NCBI GenBank assembly: GCA_976551045.1
Contig: CDPCPM010000037.1
Location: forward strand, 22,754,001 to 22,818,000
DNA length: 64,000 nucleotides
Reading direction: 5' to 3'
Source: Glaucostegus cemiculus
Taxonomy: Eukaryota
Within the stretch, counting starts at the first letter, position 1. Every line of letters starts with the position of its first letter. The notes under the pieces were generated by a model that worked only from the letters and a program-made list of their open reading frames with translations, was not told the origin of the DNA and did no database searches. Below, one piece after another: positions 62,496 to 64,000 of the stretch. A program made the translations under genes and the position numbers.

Positions 62496-63943
62496 ATTGG
62501 AGGGAAGGAAAATGACATGAAGGTCTCCACTGTGTCTGGGCTTCATCTCATCCCTATCACGTGATAAAGTGACCCCCAAGAACTCCTGTGCTGCGTGTGC
62601 CCTCAAGCCACTGTGGGCTGATCAACAGGTCAGTGATATGCAGGTTGCGTGGTTGTATTGAAGGTTGTGATTGGTGTTGGGAGCACCGGCAAATTATGTA
62701 ACGTTATGTCCCAATGGAAACTAAGGCTGGTATTTGCAGTGCACAGGGCAGCAATCTGAGACTGTCAACCCTTCAACTTTTTATTTAAGACAGTTAGCAA
62801 TGAATATTGTTTGTTTCCCCAAAAATCTTCAATTTCTAATCGTAGGAGATAGATATTGTGCGACCTATGACTACATCAGCTGTATGACTGAGGCTGGGCA
62901 AACAGCAGCTGCACTAAAGTGAATCATGCACAGAAGTGCACAAGCCAATTTCCTGATGTCGTTAACTGATCCAGAAATGATCACAGTGTGGTCTAATGTA
63001 TGTACAATGGTTTTTATGTGCTATATATCTGTAAACAAAACGCGCACAACTTGTCCAATTTCTCAACAACCGTCATCTGGGAAGAAAAGAGACCACCAAT
63101 TAATTTTCTTGCGTGAGCAGTGTATTTTAGAGAGCTGCCTGCATTAGCTGCATCCTGAAGCTCTGCGTAGTGATGTTGATCCCTACTCATTCATAGAAGA
63201 TGACTATTCAGGCAGCATTTGTAAGTCTGTTCCTTATTTTTAGTACATATTCAGGGTAATGTATGCAGCACTGATCAAATCCAACAACCTCTTTATTGAT
63301 GTCAGTAATTGCTAAGTTTAAAGGAAATGACAGTCAGACATTTTGTTTTCTTTTGTGGCTTTATTGCCCATGTCATATCACCGTCCTCCTGGGCTGTCAC
63401 TGTCTTGAAGAGGGTAGTTTATTGTTGACCTGTGGTTCCACAGTCATTGGAAGCTATCTGATAATTTGCCCAAATGCCATATATGAGCCTTGACTATAAT
63501 TTTCAAACAGCTCTTTAACCCAGGGGCTTATTAGCGCCATGATCTCCCTTTGGCTTCTTGCTGTAACATTGTACAACCATAACCCTTCACTTAAGTAAGA
63601 AGGTAAATTAACAATTTATAAAATTATAGTATATTTCTGGCAAATGTGCATGTCTGACTAAGTACTGAAGGTGTAAAGGTGTAGATGTATGAATGAGTTG
63701 AGCAGTCATCCAAACCTGACCAACATATCTATATCCAGAAGCCTACATTTAGCATTTGCATTGTTACAGCTCACCCTATGTTTCTCTTTTTATTGAGTAA
63801 ATTGGAGGGGATTAACATTCACACTTCCAACATGACTATAACTAATATTAACATGCATTTTACAATTGATCTTTTGAAACAGCATGATTTTTAGAACAAG
63901 TTCTTTTACTTTTGTATAATTAAGCTGCCAGAAATGCCGAAGA

Positions 63944-64000
63944 AAAATGGCGGCGCACACAGCTGCAGAGGCCTCTCCCGGGTCTGTAGTGCTTTCTGTT
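63944..64000 (+). other. CpG-containing segment starting with a YY1-type motif, truncated by the window end
   Basis: aaaatggcggcg at 63944-63955 matches AANATGGCGGC, with an abrupt rise in GC and CpG content. Its identity is unresolved. Confidence 0.35.

Noticed and set aside
1-64000. Prokaryotic-type systems (operons, CRISPR arrays, defence islands, rRNA/tRNA)
   Set aside because: Coding density is very low, there are no regularly spaced repeats, and the repeats are vertebrate types. The tRNA-like boxes belong to SINE heads.

Overview
This is eukaryotic, vertebrate-type DNA: AT-rich and CpG-depleted, with no operons, rRNA, tRNA or CRISPR. Its repeats (HER1/CR1 LINE 3' ends, an HE1-type V-SINE, Deu-domain SINE remnants, Penelope-derived foldbacks, Rex1/Babar 3' ends) point to a cartilaginous fish (shark or ray). 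I find no intact protein-coding gene, so the window looks like a large intron or gene desert. The only ORFs with recognisable homology are transposon remnants: CR1 ORF2, a second CR1/L2-group LINE, Rex1/Babar, a PIF/Harbinger transposase and an RTE endonuclease. The structures most worth checking are: (1) an old ~1 kb tandem duplication at 30.2-32.2 kb whose central ~400 bp is inverted in one copy and holds a perfectly conserved 33-bp core; (2) a decayed Ulp1/SENP-like protease motif and a TRIM-like coiled-coil pseudo-exon on the minus strand at 9-10.6 kb; (3) a CR1 insertion with twin-priming-like geometry at 33 kb; (4) a Penelope-derived foldback with a hammerhead-like core at 55 kb. All family assignments were made by eye without database searches, and boundaries of old elements are approximate. 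I cannot support a claim of a complete novel biological system.
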